Shown here: positions 1-11,671 of the stretch, one piece after another
Numbering within the stretch: the first letter of the stretch is position 1
How the letters are laid out: every line of letters starts with the position of its first letter
Source: Psammoneis japonica
Lineage: Eukaryota
NCBI GenBank assembly: GCA_008632985.1
Contig: QPGO01000371.1
Location: forward strand, 1 to 37,083
DNA: 37,083 nt
Direction: 5' to 3'
The notes under the pieces: model-generated
Told to the model about the DNA's origin: nothing
The model's database searches: none
Seen by the model: the letters and a program-made list of their open reading frames with translations, nothing else
Position numbers and translations under genes: made by a program

Positions 1-804
1 GCGCGGCTCTGCTTGCGCTCGCCGTCAAGAACCAACATTCTTGCCAATGTTGGCAACACAAGCAACAGGTAATACCAAATACGATGGTGCCATTGGCGAC
101 AATATTTCAATCAGGGTGGCACAGTCTAGTGACAGAGCAGCAACCATTCGCCATCGTTTGGGATCCGCATCGAATCGAGCACTACCCGCTTTGCCCATGT
201 GCGATGCAAACAAAACACCACCGAGCTGACCAATTCCATCCTTCAATACCCAATTGAGTGCTCCCGCCATGATGGAAGCTTGTTGCGCGGAACCAACGAC
301 GCCTACCGCCAATAACAAAGTCTGAGTCGACAGCACCATTGCTGCGCTACCGCAGACGGAAGCACAAAAGCTATAAATCACGAATCGATCGTATCCAGCG
401 GCAACACTGTTGGGATAGCCCGCTGGTAAGAAATGCGCAACAACGTTTTCCTTGACGAATACGGAGATTTCCTCTGAACGCGACCTTGTCGAATTCTTTT
501 CTAAAGATTCTTCAGGTAATGCGGTTTTCGATACAGATTTTCTCCAGGAAGAACGAGATTCATTCGACACGTACAACGTTGCAACCTTTCGGTTCACTCC
601 TTGACTGTTTGAAGCTGGAAACTCCCAAACCTCTGTCGGTTTTCGAACAGCGCTGCTATAAGACTGTGCCCTGATCGCATGCAGAAACAATCGTGCTCTA
701 AATCTACAATGTCGCGGACACAACAAAGGCACAAACTTCTGACCGCAATAACCAATTCCACATTTGATCCACATTTTACAGATCTTTGGATCTAGCTTGA
801 ACAT
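1..804 (-). CDS. RUS1/DUF647 (root UVB sensitive 1 family) membrane protein, 3' part outside the window
   Basis: Family motifs FLPAGYPNSV, LSTQTLLLAVG, ALNWVLKDGIGQLG, FDADPKRWR and ANIGKNVG are present. The apparent stop at 25-27 is a 1-nt frameshift: one extra base in the AA at 30-31 restores GFLTASASRAA. Exact start is uncertain. Confidence 0.85.
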
Positions 805-893
805 TCCTCAAATAGACATCAAGCAAGAAAGTGTTTCATGATGTCGGGATGCGTGATGAGTGACGCCACCCATTGCTTTTTGCATTTTGCATA

Positions 894-1211
894 CTACAAA
901 TTGCAAAACAATTGCGCGATACACGTGCCCGAAGGTCGAATATCGTTGCCCGAAGCAACATTCTTCCTTCGCGCAGATGTCCATTCTACATAGTATATGG
1001 TATTGAAAATCTCATTGTAGTCGCATGAGTCGTTGAAGTAATTTCATCAATGACCTCTGTGGTACTGTGCTACGTGATCTACACAAATCGGACATTCTCG
1101 AATGCTGGTATATTTTCTACGGTCTCTACGTGCGCGAAGCTCGAATTTCGTGCCCGAAGCAACAATCACCCTTCGGGCACGTGTATCGCGCAATTGTTCA
1201 GCAATTCGTAG
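894..1211. mobile_element. MITE (non-autonomous Tc1/mariner-like), ~318 bp, ~42-bp TIRs, TA target-site duplication
   Basis: Left end CTACAAATTGCAAAACAATTGCGCGATACACGTGCCCGAAGG is the reverse complement of right end CCTTCGGGCACGTGTATCGCGCAATTGTTCAGCAATTCGTAG with 3 mismatches. TA flanks both ends (892-893, 1212-1213). No credible ORF inside. Confidence 0.75.
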
Positions 1212-1615
1212 TACCGTATTTCGGCTGCGCCACGTTCCGGTCGTATCCGCGACCAGATGACACGTCATCTATTTGAACAATTTTCAACGGAAAATATTTT
1301 ACATAGAGCCATGATATATTCAACATATTTAGTATATATGATAAAATACTCGTATCCTTAAATAACTCCACCACACGCACCACCAAAAATTGCATCTTCA
1401 ACATGCCTGAACATAACGCACGCCAATTCTCACGTCGTGTTTTGTGTTTGGAGGGCGTTGAAATAGTTCGAGGTTCGCAATCAACGATTCGATGACTTCC
1501 ATTTTCTGTGCTGATACAGTAGGAAGAACCAAAGTGAAAGCATTGAGTATCTTTTATACTCGCACACAATATCGTTTCTTTGAGTGGTATATAAGGAGAA
1601 TCTTACGGTCACAAA

Positions 1616-3802
1616 ATGGGAACAACCGGTGATCAAGACGAAAAGAAGTGGGGCTCTCGTGCGAATGTTGATCGTGCAAGGTATCAATCGAACTCGCGTC
1701 CTGTTTCTCGTAGGAACAACGCTGACGATGGCATACAAGAACTTCACTCTCCATCACTTCATCACTATAATCGAAGCTCCGCTCGCTCTGGTGGGAGATT
1801 CGGCGAACGCGAAGATGACGTTAGACCCTTAACTCATGCTGCCTCTGCGAGACGGGTAATACATCATGAAACAGATGAAACTATGGACGACTTAGTCGCA
1901 GAGAAAATGAACATACTAAACAGGAACGGGCGACGATCCTCAAATCACGAAGGAATGGAGACAATGGACGACCTCGTCGCAGAGAAAATGGATATGATGC
2001 ACAATTCGGGTACAGAACGGGGAGACCCCAAAAGGTTTGACCTGGGTAACGATTCGAGAACAAGCATGCAAAAGACACACGTGTCCACTCCGTTACATGC
2101 CGTCGCAAGTGACGTCGTTCTTACGTCCGGAACGATGCAAGCAAATGGTAGTGGAGGTGGCTCCATGATGGGCAGCCCTGACGAAACAAAGAAGAGACGA
2201 TTCCATAGCGCCGGCGGCACCAATCGTTCTTCGACCATGAGTGAGCGCGACAACGCTGCTAGGGAGAAACAAGGCCCTCGAATGTCAGTCACCAACAGAG
2301 ACATGGATTACGATGAGGAGGAAGGTACAATAGGAGATGACCCGCAACGCACAGGCGCTTATTTCATTAGCGGTACAGGTGATGTTGTCACTCGTCAACG
2401 TGGTGTTCTAACGTCCCAACCAAGTGAGAACGACCACACAGTGGTGACCAAAAGAGCGCCCACAGCGGAAGTGACGCCTTTGGATAGCTCCAACGCATCA
2501 AAGAGTACTGCAGATGGAAAAGATGTGCCGTGGTACTGCAGTCGAAAGTTTAAATTGATTGCACTGATTGCGCTCATTGTTGGTGGTGCAGTTGGTGCTG
2601 CCGTTGGAATCACGTCGGGTGGCGGTGGTGGAGTCGACGAAGACGATGGAAACGGCGACCCTCCGGTGGATCCAGTTGATCCCGAAGAATCTGCTCTCGA
2701 AATAAGAAGAACGGCCATTCGCGCGTCCCTTCTTCCGGTATCTGGCGCAGATGCGCTGGATGATCAAGGCTCTCCCCAGAACCTGGCCATGAATTGGCTT
2801 GTTTACAACGACACCTTAACTCCAGTGGGAAAGGATATCAGCGAGGAAGACTTGAGCAAGTTGATTCGACGATATTCACTCGCTGTGGTGTATTTTGCTA
2901 CTGGGGGAGAGTCGTGGTTTAGAACCGACAACTGGTTTGAATGTCGTTGAGGAGGAGTGCGAATGGAGCACATGTCGTGTGAAGCCGGTGAAATAGTGTC
3001 ATTTGATACGGGCACCATAGATAACAATGTGGCAGGAGCTATACCTCCAGAGATAGGGCAGCTCTCGTTTCTGCGTCAGTTGCTGTTGCCCAACAATCAG
3101 GTTGCGAGCTTGCCGTCCGAGATGGGGGATCTCAACAACTTGACCTCGTTAGATCTAAAGTTCAACGCCTTGGCAGGTCCTTTCCCTTCTGTGATCTACG
3201 AGTTGACATCACTAACAAAGCTCATATTGGATGAGAATGGGCTTAATGGAACGATTTCAACGGCGATTGCTGCTCTTTCGGACCTTGATTTCCTATCTCT
3301 CCCTAGAAATAGTCTCACGGGAGTGTTGACTGTCGAGTTTCAGTTCCTCTCGGCTCTCACTACGCTGAACATTTTCAAAAACTCATTTCAGGGCTCAATA
3401 AACGAAGTGTTTCGGGGTTTGACCAACCTAGACTTGTTACGAGCCGACAGTAACGAGTTGTCTGGTACCATATCAACAGAAATCGGCATGTTCACGAATT
3501 TAGGCGAGTTGAATCTTGGTGATAACAGAATTGAAAACTCGACGATACCGACGGAAATAGGAGAGCTCACAAAGTTGGTTGGTCTATTTTTGTTTCGAAA
3601 CAACATTGTTGGTACAATTCCGTCCGAGATGGGGAGGTTAAGAAGGCTTCAGACTCTGTTCATTGAGGATACAAACCTTGTTGGCTCCATTCCCTCAGAG
3701 TTATGCACTGTGTTTGAAACAGTTCCCGATTTCCAGTTGCGACTTTTCCCTTGCACTGTCGAGTGCAATTGCAGCGTCTGCGATCCGGAGTGCCAAGCAT
3801 GA
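1616..3802 (+). CDS. Type-II single-pass membrane leucine-rich-repeat protein, copy 1 (interrupted by two compensating 1-nt indels)
   Basis: Disordered N-terminus with GAYF motif, TM helix LIALIALIVGGAVGAAVGI, SPQNLAMNWL/RYSLAVVYFATGGESW cap, plant-type LRRs (LxLxxNxLxGxIPxEIG) and Cys-rich end. ORFs 1616-2950 and 2957-3802 share a frame. Alignment to copy 2 shows +1 T at 2936-2938 and -1 G at 2965-2966, which restores NWLNVVEEECEWEHMSC. Confidence 0.85.
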
Positions 3803-4334
3803 GTTTGCACGAGGAAGGACCGAGTTGTATGTATATGTTATTTGAAAGCATTCGGATGAATTCATCAGTTCATACTGTACACCTTTACTTACTCCATGAC
3901 TTTTAAATGACGTGGATGTGAGAAAAGGGATGTGCCGGAGGCGTGCTGTCCCATGGTCGGTTGTCCGCTACCAAACCTTCGGAAGCGACGTGCGGACGCA
4001 ACCAATTTTCTGTTTAACGGTGAAAACACTAGTTCATAAAGTAGTATTTTCTTTTGATGTCAATCCTCTTTTCCAGGTACTGCTCATCGATTGTACTGTA
4101 GGGCCCTCTTTTAGGCTACACCAAGCTGTGCTGTGTGCTTGAAAGGATTCATTTCGGTACAACGGTGTGTCTGAAATATGAAAGGGTTCGCCACAACAGG
4201 CGTTTCATCCACCAACATTCCAAATACAAATAGATGTAGCCAGTATTGTCTATAAAACATGAGAATGAACCATAGTTTCAGCCTACTATGCTCTCTAGTA
4301 AAGAGCGTACTCATTTGGCAACTCGCGTCTCGCA

Positions 4335-4818
4335 TCATGACGACTTGGCGTCTTCGCCAGCATGATCGTTGATGCCCATAATATACAGAGGAATAGCGAT
4401 TAGCGTCACGAATGGTACATTGAACGCAGCATGTTACACTTCACCCGTCAGTAAACCAAAGCCCGTATCCAAAACAAACCACACTGCTGTGGAGGTTCCC
4501 AGTGATCGACGCGCCAGGGCTCGAATCGAACCGTCGTTGCTTGCTGCAAGACGCACCACGAACCACATGAGAGTCATCCAGCCGACAATGATGGAACCTA
4601 GCACTCCAAATGCAAACATAGCATAATCAACTCCGTCTGGGTCAAGATTGCGGGTGTTGGGGCCGAAACGAAGTGCATCAAACAGCGTCATGGCAAAGAC
4701 GCGGCCCGATAGCACCATTCCAAGACCGTAGACCGTGACAATTGCGATTTTATACCGCACGGAGAAAGGCGTGTGCTCTTAGATACTGGCGTGATGGTGA
4801 AAATTGTTTGGGTGGCAT
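4335..4818 (-). pseudogene. Small 4-TM membrane protein with a frameshift and an internal stop
   Basis: ATG at 4818 gives MPPKQFSPSRQYLRAHAFLRAV, with a frameshift near 4750 into IAIVTVYGLGMVL...FGVLGSIIVGWM...WFVLDTGF. After an in-frame TAA at 4434-4436 the frame continues as hydrophobic HAAFNVPFVTLIAIPLYIM to TGA at 4335. Confidence 0.55.
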
Positions 4819-5325
4819 TGTATATCCTGTACCTAGTATGTGAGGTGCCTTCTGCATGGATTATGGTTCAAGCTTCATCGTCATCGTGATTCTCGGTGGC
4901 TCCTTTGTTGTGTTGGTCATCGCGTGTTGGAACGTGTTGGAACTTCTTTGAATTTTCAAATTCGGACGCATGGGCGGAATGAAGGACAGACGGATCCGCA
5001 GTTAAGGTTCATAAATATCCATATTGAATATATATTCATTAGAAGTATCATTCATTATGTTCAATGAATTTTCTTCAGCTCTAGAGTTCAAAAAAACTTG
5101 CACTTGTCGGTGTCTGAGATTTCGAGATTGCAGATTGCCCATGGCGGAGTCGAACGTTATCTACATCTCTTGCCTTTGTTGACCTTGGACCGCTGGCGAA
5201 GCACTTTGCAAGTTACAGTATCGCAACGGGAACAACTAATCAAAACATCATCACTGCATGACGCACAACAAACTGGTACGGTAGAGAGCATTTCACAGAC
5301 AGCCAATCTTCATGCGACAAGAAAA

Positions 5326-7677
5326 ATGAAGAACACTGGCAGAGAAGAGAAAGAAACTAGCTTGCGTAGTAGCGAACATCACTTGACTTCTTTAAATCAA
5401 GGGACATCCTCTGGTGTGGCTAGTACTGCGCAGAATCAAACTCATCGTGCTTTTCATCGAAGCACACCCGACGATGGTATTCAAGAACTGCGCTCACCGA
5501 GTTTGCGAAAGAGAGAGGCGGCAGCGACACTGGATGCGGGAGACTCCTCGTCTAGCCAAATGATTGAAGAAAAGCCTCGTCAAAGTGCCACCCGGTCGAG
5601 TGGGAGGTTTGGTGAAGGCGAAAATGATGCTTACATTCAGCCCACACTTCGACAGGTCTCTGGGCGGCAAGTAAAACACGAGGCTGTGGACGATCTAGTC
5701 TCAGAGAAAACGGACATGATGGGCAAAAGTGGGGGACAGAGGCCGCCTACAGATGAAACGGTGGAAACAATGGACGATCTCACAGCAGACAGAAAGGATA
5801 CGCTGAACAAGAACGTGAAATTTCCGCCGCCCATTAAATTGGAGGCTGCGGAAACACTAGACCATGCAGTAGCAGAGGCAGAAATGGATATGATGAACAC
5901 GTCAGATGGCGAAGAACAAGCAGATACGAACAAGGTGGAAACAAGCAAGAATTCAAAGCAACACATGAAGACAGCGCGTGCTTCAAGTCCCTCAATAGTT
6001 GCCAATGCTGGTGCAGATTCCGAGCAAGGAGCAATACAAGCGAGTGCAAGTGCTTCTGCTGGAGATGTCGACTGCGCAAAGACAAGAAAGAGACGATTTT
6101 TTCGTGGCAAGACCAACCGCTCTTCAACAGCGAGTGCACCAGGCAAAGCTTCGAGGAAACAGAGACGCTTTCGAGGCTTTGTCGCCTCCAGAGACACCGG
6201 TGTGACGGATGATGATGCCGTTAGCGGTGGTAACGACGACGAAGAAGGACAAGTTGGTCCGATTGCCGGTGCATATTACGTGAGTGCTGCCGGTGAAGTT
6301 ATCACTCGACAACGGGGAGTCTTGACCTCCCACCCAACCGAGAATGAGCGTGAATTGGAAGGGATCACGGCAGAAGTGACACGCAGACGTAGCTACAACT
6401 CCGACACAAATTTTCTGGAGAAAGAGCAAATCCCATGGTACTGTACGAGAAAATTCAAGCTGATTGCAGTGGCTACCCTGGTTATTGCGGCTGCGGTCGC
6501 CGTTGCAGTCGGTGTTACAGCGGGTGGTGGTGGTGGCACGGTAGCTAGCGAGGCCGAAGAATCTGAGTTCGAAACGAGACGAGCTGTTGTTCGTGCGACT
6601 CTCCTTCCTATTTCTGGTAAAGAGGCGCTGGATGAGCCAGGCTCACCCCAGAACCGTGCGATGAACTGGGTCGCGTTCAATGACACCTCGACTCCAGTGG
6701 GTGAAGATATTACAGACGAAGAGTTGAGCAAATTTATTCGGCGATATTCAGTAGCTGTTGTGTTTTTTGCTACTGAAGGAGAGGCATGGTTCAGAAGCGA
6801 TAACTGGTTGAATGCCGATGTGGAGGAATGCGAATGGGAACACTTATCATGTCAAGGGGGAGAAATTGTGTCGTTCGATACGGGCACAAGAGAGAACAAT
6901 GTTGCGGGGGACATACCGCCAGAGATTGGGCAACTATCGTTTCTGCGTGAGTTGCTGTTGCCCTACAATCGGATTACTGGACTGCCGTCCGAGTTGGGCA
7001 CCCTCAACGATCTGACCTCGTTAGATCTAAAGTTCAACGCCTTGGCGGGTCCCTTCCCTTCTGTGATTTATGAGTTGACGTCATTACAAAAGCTCACGTT
7101 GGATGAGAATGGGCTTAGCGGAACGATTTCAACGGCTATTGCTGCTCTTTCAGAGCTTGAAATATTTGCACTTGCTAGCAACAGTTTCACTGGAGTGCTG
7201 ACTGTCGAGTTTCAGTCACTGGCGGCCCTTTCGGAGCTGGATTTATTCAGCAATTCCTTTCAGGGCGAGGTAAACGATGTGCTTCAAGGCTTGACAAAGC
7301 TTGCGTACGTTAGGATGGACAGCAACGAGTTGTCCGGTACAATACCGACAGAACTCGGCCTGTTCACGAACTTGGTCGAATTGAATCTTGGCGACAATAG
7401 AATTGAAAATTCTACGATTCCTACAGAATTAGGGGTGCTCACTGATCTAGAAGGTATCTTCCTGTTTCGGAACAACATTGTCGGTACGATTCCGACTGAA
7501 CTGGGAAGGTTGATAAGACTGAAGTCTCTCTTCATTGAGGACACAAACCTTGTGGGCTCTATCCCCCCGGAGCTATGCTCTGTGTTTGAAACGGTTCCCA
7601 ATTTCCAAGTGCGACTCTTCCCTACTTGTAATGTCGAGTGCAGTTGCCGTGTCTGCGATCCAGAGTGCGACGTGTGA
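5326..7677 (+). CDS. Type-II single-pass membrane leucine-rich-repeat protein, copy 2 (intact paralog of 1616-3802)
   Basis: First ATG at 5326 (MKNTGREE). Same architecture as copy 1, with shared motifs DDGIQELxSPSL, GRFGExE, ETMDDL, TRQRGVLTS, PWYCxRKFKLIA, LRRs and CxCxVCDPEC. Confidence 0.9.
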   Translation: MKNTGREEKETSLRSSEHHLTSLNQGTSSGVASTAQNQTHRAFHRSTPDDGIQELRSPSLRKREAAATLDAGDSSSSQMIEEKPRQSATRSSGRFGEGENDAYIQPTLRQVSGRQVKHEAVDDLVSEKTDMMGKSGGQRPPTDETVETMDDLTADRKDTLNKNVKFPPPIKLEAAETLDHAVAEAEMDMMNTSDGEEQADTNKVETSKNSKQHMKTARASSPSIVANAGADSEQGAIQASASASAGDVDCAKTRKRRFFRGKTNRSSTASAPGKASRKQRRFRGFVASRDTGVTDDDAVSGGNDDEEGQVGPIAGAYYVSAAGEVITRQRGVLTSHPTENERELEGITAEVTRRRSYNSDTNFLEKEQIPWYCTRKFKLIAVATLVIAAAVAVAVGVTAGGGGGTVASEAEESEFETRRAVVRATLLPISGKEALDEPGSPQNRAMNWVAFNDTSTPVGEDITDEELSKFIRRYSVAVVFFATEGEAWFRSDNWLNADVEECEWEHLSCQGGEIVSFDTGTRENNVAGDIPPEIGQLSFLRELLLPYNRITGLPSELGTLNDLTSLDLKFNALAGPFPSVIYELTSLQKLTLDENGLSGTISTAIAALSELEIFALASNSFTGVLTVEFQSLAALSELDLFSNSFQGEVNDVLQGLTKLAYVRMDSNELSGTIPTELGLFTNLVELNLGDNRIENSTIPTELGVLTDLEGIFLFRNNIVGTIPTELGRLIRLKSLFIEDTNLVGSIPPELCSVFETVPNFQVRLFPTCNVECSCRVCDPECDV

Positions 7678-7719
7678 GCGTTCACCGTGAAAGACTGCCG
7701 TGTTTGGTTTAACATAGTC

Positions 7720-7826
7720 ATGCACTGTGTTTGAAACGGTTCTCGATTTCAAAGTATTGCCACTCTCCCCTACATGCAATCTCGATGGCAGTTGGACCGT
7801 CTTCGATCCGGAGTGCGAAGAATGAG
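7720..7826 (+). pseudogene. Relic duplicate of the LRR gene 3' end
   Basis: ATGCACTGTGTTTGAAACGGTTCTCGATTTC...GATCCGGAGTGCGAAG matches 3703-3800 and 7575-7670 but has lost Cys codons. The following sequence (CATCAGT) resembles the copy-1 3' UTR. Confidence 0.7.
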
Positions 7827-8225
7827 GATGAGTTTGTTTGCTGTTCGTGGCACTGGAATGAATGAACAATCATCAGTGCATCCTACGCGGGGATGCTAAA
7901 TAGATCTAGAGTGTAGGAATACGAATTTAGATATGCTTTGGGCTGCTGGAGTAGTGAATTTTTACATTTCCTTAGGTCCTCTGTCTTTCCCAATTTCGAG
8001 AAACGGGAGTGCGGCTAGCAAAGCATTGAGACTCGTCTTTTGCACGTGCTACAGTGCGTTGGTGAATCAAGCTCTGTTTTTTAATATCTAGTGCACTCAA
8101 ATGGCTACCATGGTTGCAACCTGGAACTTATCACACAAAGGCGGTCGATGGGAAGTTGTAGGGCATAGCAAGGAGATACCTTAGAGTCGAGTTACTTCTC
8201 TGGTTACCATAGTAAGTTGTCTGAT

Positions 8226-8370
8226 AGACTCCTCTCTCTCTACTCTCTACTCTAGCTACTTTTAGCTCTAGTAGCTCTCTCTACTCTACTACTACTAGTA
8301 GTAGTAGGAACCTACTCTAGCTAGCTCTAGTCTCTACTACTAGAGAGAGAGAGAGAGCTACGTAGAGCAG
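8226..8370. repeat. Low-complexity CT/AG, CTA/TAG microsatellite-like tract
   Basis: (CT)n, CTACTA, TAGTAG, CTAGCTAG and (AG)n runs. The CT-rich left part and AG-rich right part are roughly self-complementary. Confidence 0.75.
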
Positions 8371-8631
8371 CATCATGACATTGGAGGAGTTTTGCGGACG
8401 AGCTCGTATCTCGCAGAGTATATGATATCTCGTATTACCGAAGAAATTCGTGGCCCCCACCGCACTCACGCACCTCGCGCGCGACCGTCACCACGAGCCT
8501 ACGGTAACAACGCGAAACTGGAAACACGACCCGACGACCGACGACAACGCAATAAGAGTTCGAGCAACTTCTTTGTGATTGTTGCCATTGACAAGGACGC
8601 GTAGTCTTGATTCAGACATAGGCCTATAAAT

Positions 8632-9171
8632 ATGACAACCAGTGTGAAATTAGGCTTTGGTACGTAATCGACGTGATATTCGCCACTGGGAAAACGAGAG
8701 GATGGAGTGCGGCGACGAATGGTGTCGTGTGTGTGATGCAATTGTTCCACTTTCCTTTCGACACAGCTGAAGCTATTCGAATGCGGTTGGAAACGAGCGT
8801 TGTTTTGTATCACGAGCTGCTTCAAGGTATACTTACCCATTTTTTTCTCTAACTCTCTTTTTCTTTATACAGAGGCTTTTGACGATGACTTCAAGGGGGC
8901 TCCCACCGGTGCGGACAAGGTGCACGTTCGTGTTCAGCAGCGAAACGGGCGCAAGTGTATTACGACGGTTGCGGGACTGGCGGATGATTTGGACATTAAA
9001 AGAATCTGCAAAGCCTTCAAGAAGAACTTTAATTGCAACGGTGCCGTTCAAAAGGATGAAGAGGGTGGCGAAGTCATTCAGCTTTCTGGTGATCAGCGTA
9101 CCGATGTGAAGGAGTTTCTGGTGGATCAAGAAATTTGCCACGCTGAGCACATTGTGCTTCACGGATTTTAA
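8632..9171 (+). CDS. SUI1: Translation initiation factor eIF1/SUI1; exons 8632-8659 and 8873-9171
   Basis: VHVRVQQRNGRKCITTVAGL, KAFKKNFNCNGAV, VIQLSGDQR and terminal HGF are eIF1 hallmarks. The intron GTACGT (8660)...CTAAC...TACAG (8872) joins MTTSVKLGF-E-AFDDD in frame. Confidence 0.95.
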
Positions 9172-9424
9172 GATTGCGATGCTTTCGTGTTCGATCGGGT
9201 GGCAGTGTATTTCGTTCGACGTCGTGACGGCAGCTTGGTGTAAGTTCTTGAAAGCTGGCTAGAAGTGTATGTTAGTAAAGTCAAACTAGTTAGAAGGCGA
9301 ATAATATTTATCAAAGGTCGAATCACGGGTATTCCATAAGCATGCCCTGTTGAGGTCGACCGTCACGAGTCTTTTCCAAACTTCTCTTCGGATACTGAAA
9401 ATCCAAAGGTACCGTTTCCCTCCT

Positions 9425-9441
9425 CCCCCCCCCCCCCCCCC
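9425..9441. repeat. Poly-C homopolymer (17 nt)
   Basis: Direct observation in the intergenic region. Confidence 0.9.
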
Positions 9442-9812
9442 GCCTCAGTTTAGAACTGGTCGAAACTAGTAGCTAGAGAGCACTACAAGACTGAGATAAA
9501 ATGTACCTTGAGCAAGAATTAGACCTTGGTCTGGGGTCTTACAGCGAACAATGAATTTTCAGTGTTGATAGTAGCCGAGCAGTGAAAGCGGGAACATGGG
9601 GCCTCTCTAGAGAGAGTATGGGACCGTAGAGCAAGTATGCCACATTGGCAATGCGTACGACGTACGTACTGTACTGAGTTCTCCGTAGAAACAACGTGAA
9701 GCTCTGAGCCAGCCATTTTTGACCCGTCCATCTTCAATCAAATCTCGTTGCTGTTGTTCATCACGAGTTCACCTAAATTGATCAATTCTTGCTCTACACT
9801 ACTGCTTTCACC

Positions 9813-10688
9813 ATGGCAGAGTTTGATACGACGGGTTTCTCCGCCGTGTCTGCCTTTTTTGGAAAAGAATCGGCTACAGAAGAACCTGAAAACAAAAAGA
9901 CTCAGAAAAGCGTCGTGGGCGGTCGTCGCGGTGTCGGCGCAACACTTTTGAAACCGCAGTCGATCCGCAACGATGAAAGACTATCGAAACGTTTGCTACA
10001 AGTTGGAAAAAGAAAACGAAATCTGGAGGACGACGATGAAGATGTGTCGCCTGAACTCCAACATGAGAGTGATGAAGAAGAGGGTGGAAGGACCTCGATT
10101 GAAGAAAAGAAGAAACCTACTCCTGTCGAACCAGTTGTTCCAACAGCGCAAAAATCGAAAAAGAAGAAAAAGAAAGGCAAGAAGGAACGAAAGCTAGAAG
10201 CAGAAATTGTTGTAAAGGAAAGTAAGGATGAGACTCTTTCTTCTGGTACTACTGTTGAAGAAGTGGCAGAAGAGCCGCCCATTTCCACGACGGAGGATAG
10301 AGCCGAGAATACAAATCAAACGAAAAAGAAAAAGCGCAAAAAAGTGAGAAGCCGCCAAAAGAACATTTACAAGGATAAGCGTTTGCCTCAGCACAAACCA
10401 GAGCACTTGATTCTCGGACGAAGCACTTTTGTGGGACGCCCCTTGACCGCCGAGACTCGCGCCCGTCTCAATCTGCCGCCCAGCAAGAATAGTCGAAAGC
10501 ATCAGCAACGACAGAACAGTCATGAACATTATTCGGGAAACGACGAAGAGAGTGGCATGGGACTAGGAATAGACTCGTTTCTAGAGGATGGCGATAACGA
10601 TTTGGGTGTTCCCAACGACGCGCATGAATCAGAAAAGGTTGAAAAGAGAAAGAAGAAGCGAAAGAAGTCCAAATACAAGAACCTGTAG
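9813..10688 (+). CDS. Lys/Glu-rich hypothetical protein, possibly nuclear/nucleolar
   Basis: First ATG at 9813 (MAEFDTTG), 291 aa, with multiple poly-K NLS-like runs and a KKVRSRQKNIYKDKR...GRPLTAETR block. No enzyme motif recognised. Confidence 0.75.
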   Translation: MAEFDTTGFSAVSAFFGKESATEEPENKKTQKSVVGGRRGVGATLLKPQSIRNDERLSKRLLQVGKRKRNLEDDDEDVSPELQHESDEEEGGRTSIEEKKKPTPVEPVVPTAQKSKKKKKKGKKERKLEAEIVVKESKDETLSSGTTVEEVAEEPPISTTEDRAENTNQTKKKKRKKVRSRQKNIYKDKRLPQHKPEHLILGRSTFVGRPLTAETRARLNLPPSKNSRKHQQRQNSHEHYSGNDEESGMGLGIDSFLEDGDNDLGVPNDAHESEKVEKRKKKRKKSKYKNL

Positions 10689-11580
10689 CCTCTAGCCCGA
10701 CCAACGAGGCTTTGAAAGCCAATAGATCTTCTGGAACTTCTTTGTTACCTCAGATGGAACGAAAGGAATTCTACGCAACGCCAGGATGTGATTGCAGAGA
10801 CCCTCATCATCAGAGAGAAAATGCCCAATCGGAAGCCAGATGTATCCGACAAATTGAGCGTGCAAAGATGATTTACACGGCGAAATTCATTTTTCTCAAC
10901 GATAGCTTTCTACTTGCTTTAATGTATACGGTAGTACCAACTCTATAGCCTACTCTATGTAGCTAGAGACTAGCTAGAGCGTACATAGGCTTCGGGGAAG
11001 GTCCGAAGTGAAAACAGAAAACTCAGAAACAGTAAAATATGTGAGGCTCGAGATTCCCCTATTTCGAAATTCTTATTTCAAAATCCTTCAAGTCAGTATA
11101 AACATCATTCTTCGATGGTATGCTGGCGCATTAATCTTCATTTAAAGGGATCGCATACATAAGATAAGGCAAGGAAAGCTATTATTTTCGAAACTATTCC
11201 AAAATCACCTATTTGATTTAAATTTTTGATCTACTATCACTTTTTGTGTATAAGCGTTTTTTGCCCGCCAAACTCCTTTGCTCACATTTTCAGGAATCGA
11301 TGCTTTGATTGCACGTTCATGAACATTGCGTTTTATTCGTTCCTTTTAGGCTTGATTGCTTCAAGAATGTCTCGGATACCTTTTCGCGCTTCGCCAACCC
11401 GGGGATGAAAGCGGCGACGCGACGATTTGAAAAGCCAACGATCCACACACAGCACACAGCAACCTGGAAACCGGACGAGAGAGTTTCACTTTTGACGGGT
11501 GTGTTGCGGTTGTGATTGATGTAAAGAGCGACGACTGCTCTTGCAAAGACACTGTACCATACGTCTGCAGCCGTCGCAAG

Positions 11581-11671
11581 GTGAGTACATCGCTATGTAT
11601 ATTTCTTCTGTTGCGTAAGGTTTTTGCTGTTTCCGCTAACGTTATGACTTCAGTTCGCTTCGTTTCTCAAG
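11581..11671 (+). other. Probable 5'-UTR intron ending immediately before the ATG
   Basis: Donor GTGAGT at 11581, branch GCTAAC at ~11635, acceptor CAAG ending at 11671, followed directly by ATG at 11672. Confidence 0.6.

Noticed and set aside
2930..2970. Programmed readthrough or mini-intron at TGA 2948-2950
   Set aside because: The paralog alignment shows two compensating homopolymer indels.
5098..5325. N-terminal extension of the 859-aa ORF
   Set aside because: It starts at TTG; the first ATG at 5326 corresponds better to the paralog's start.
8622..8640. Poor-context autoregulatory start codon of eIF1
   Set aside because: The context ATAAATATGA has A at -3, so there is no clear evidence of a weak context.
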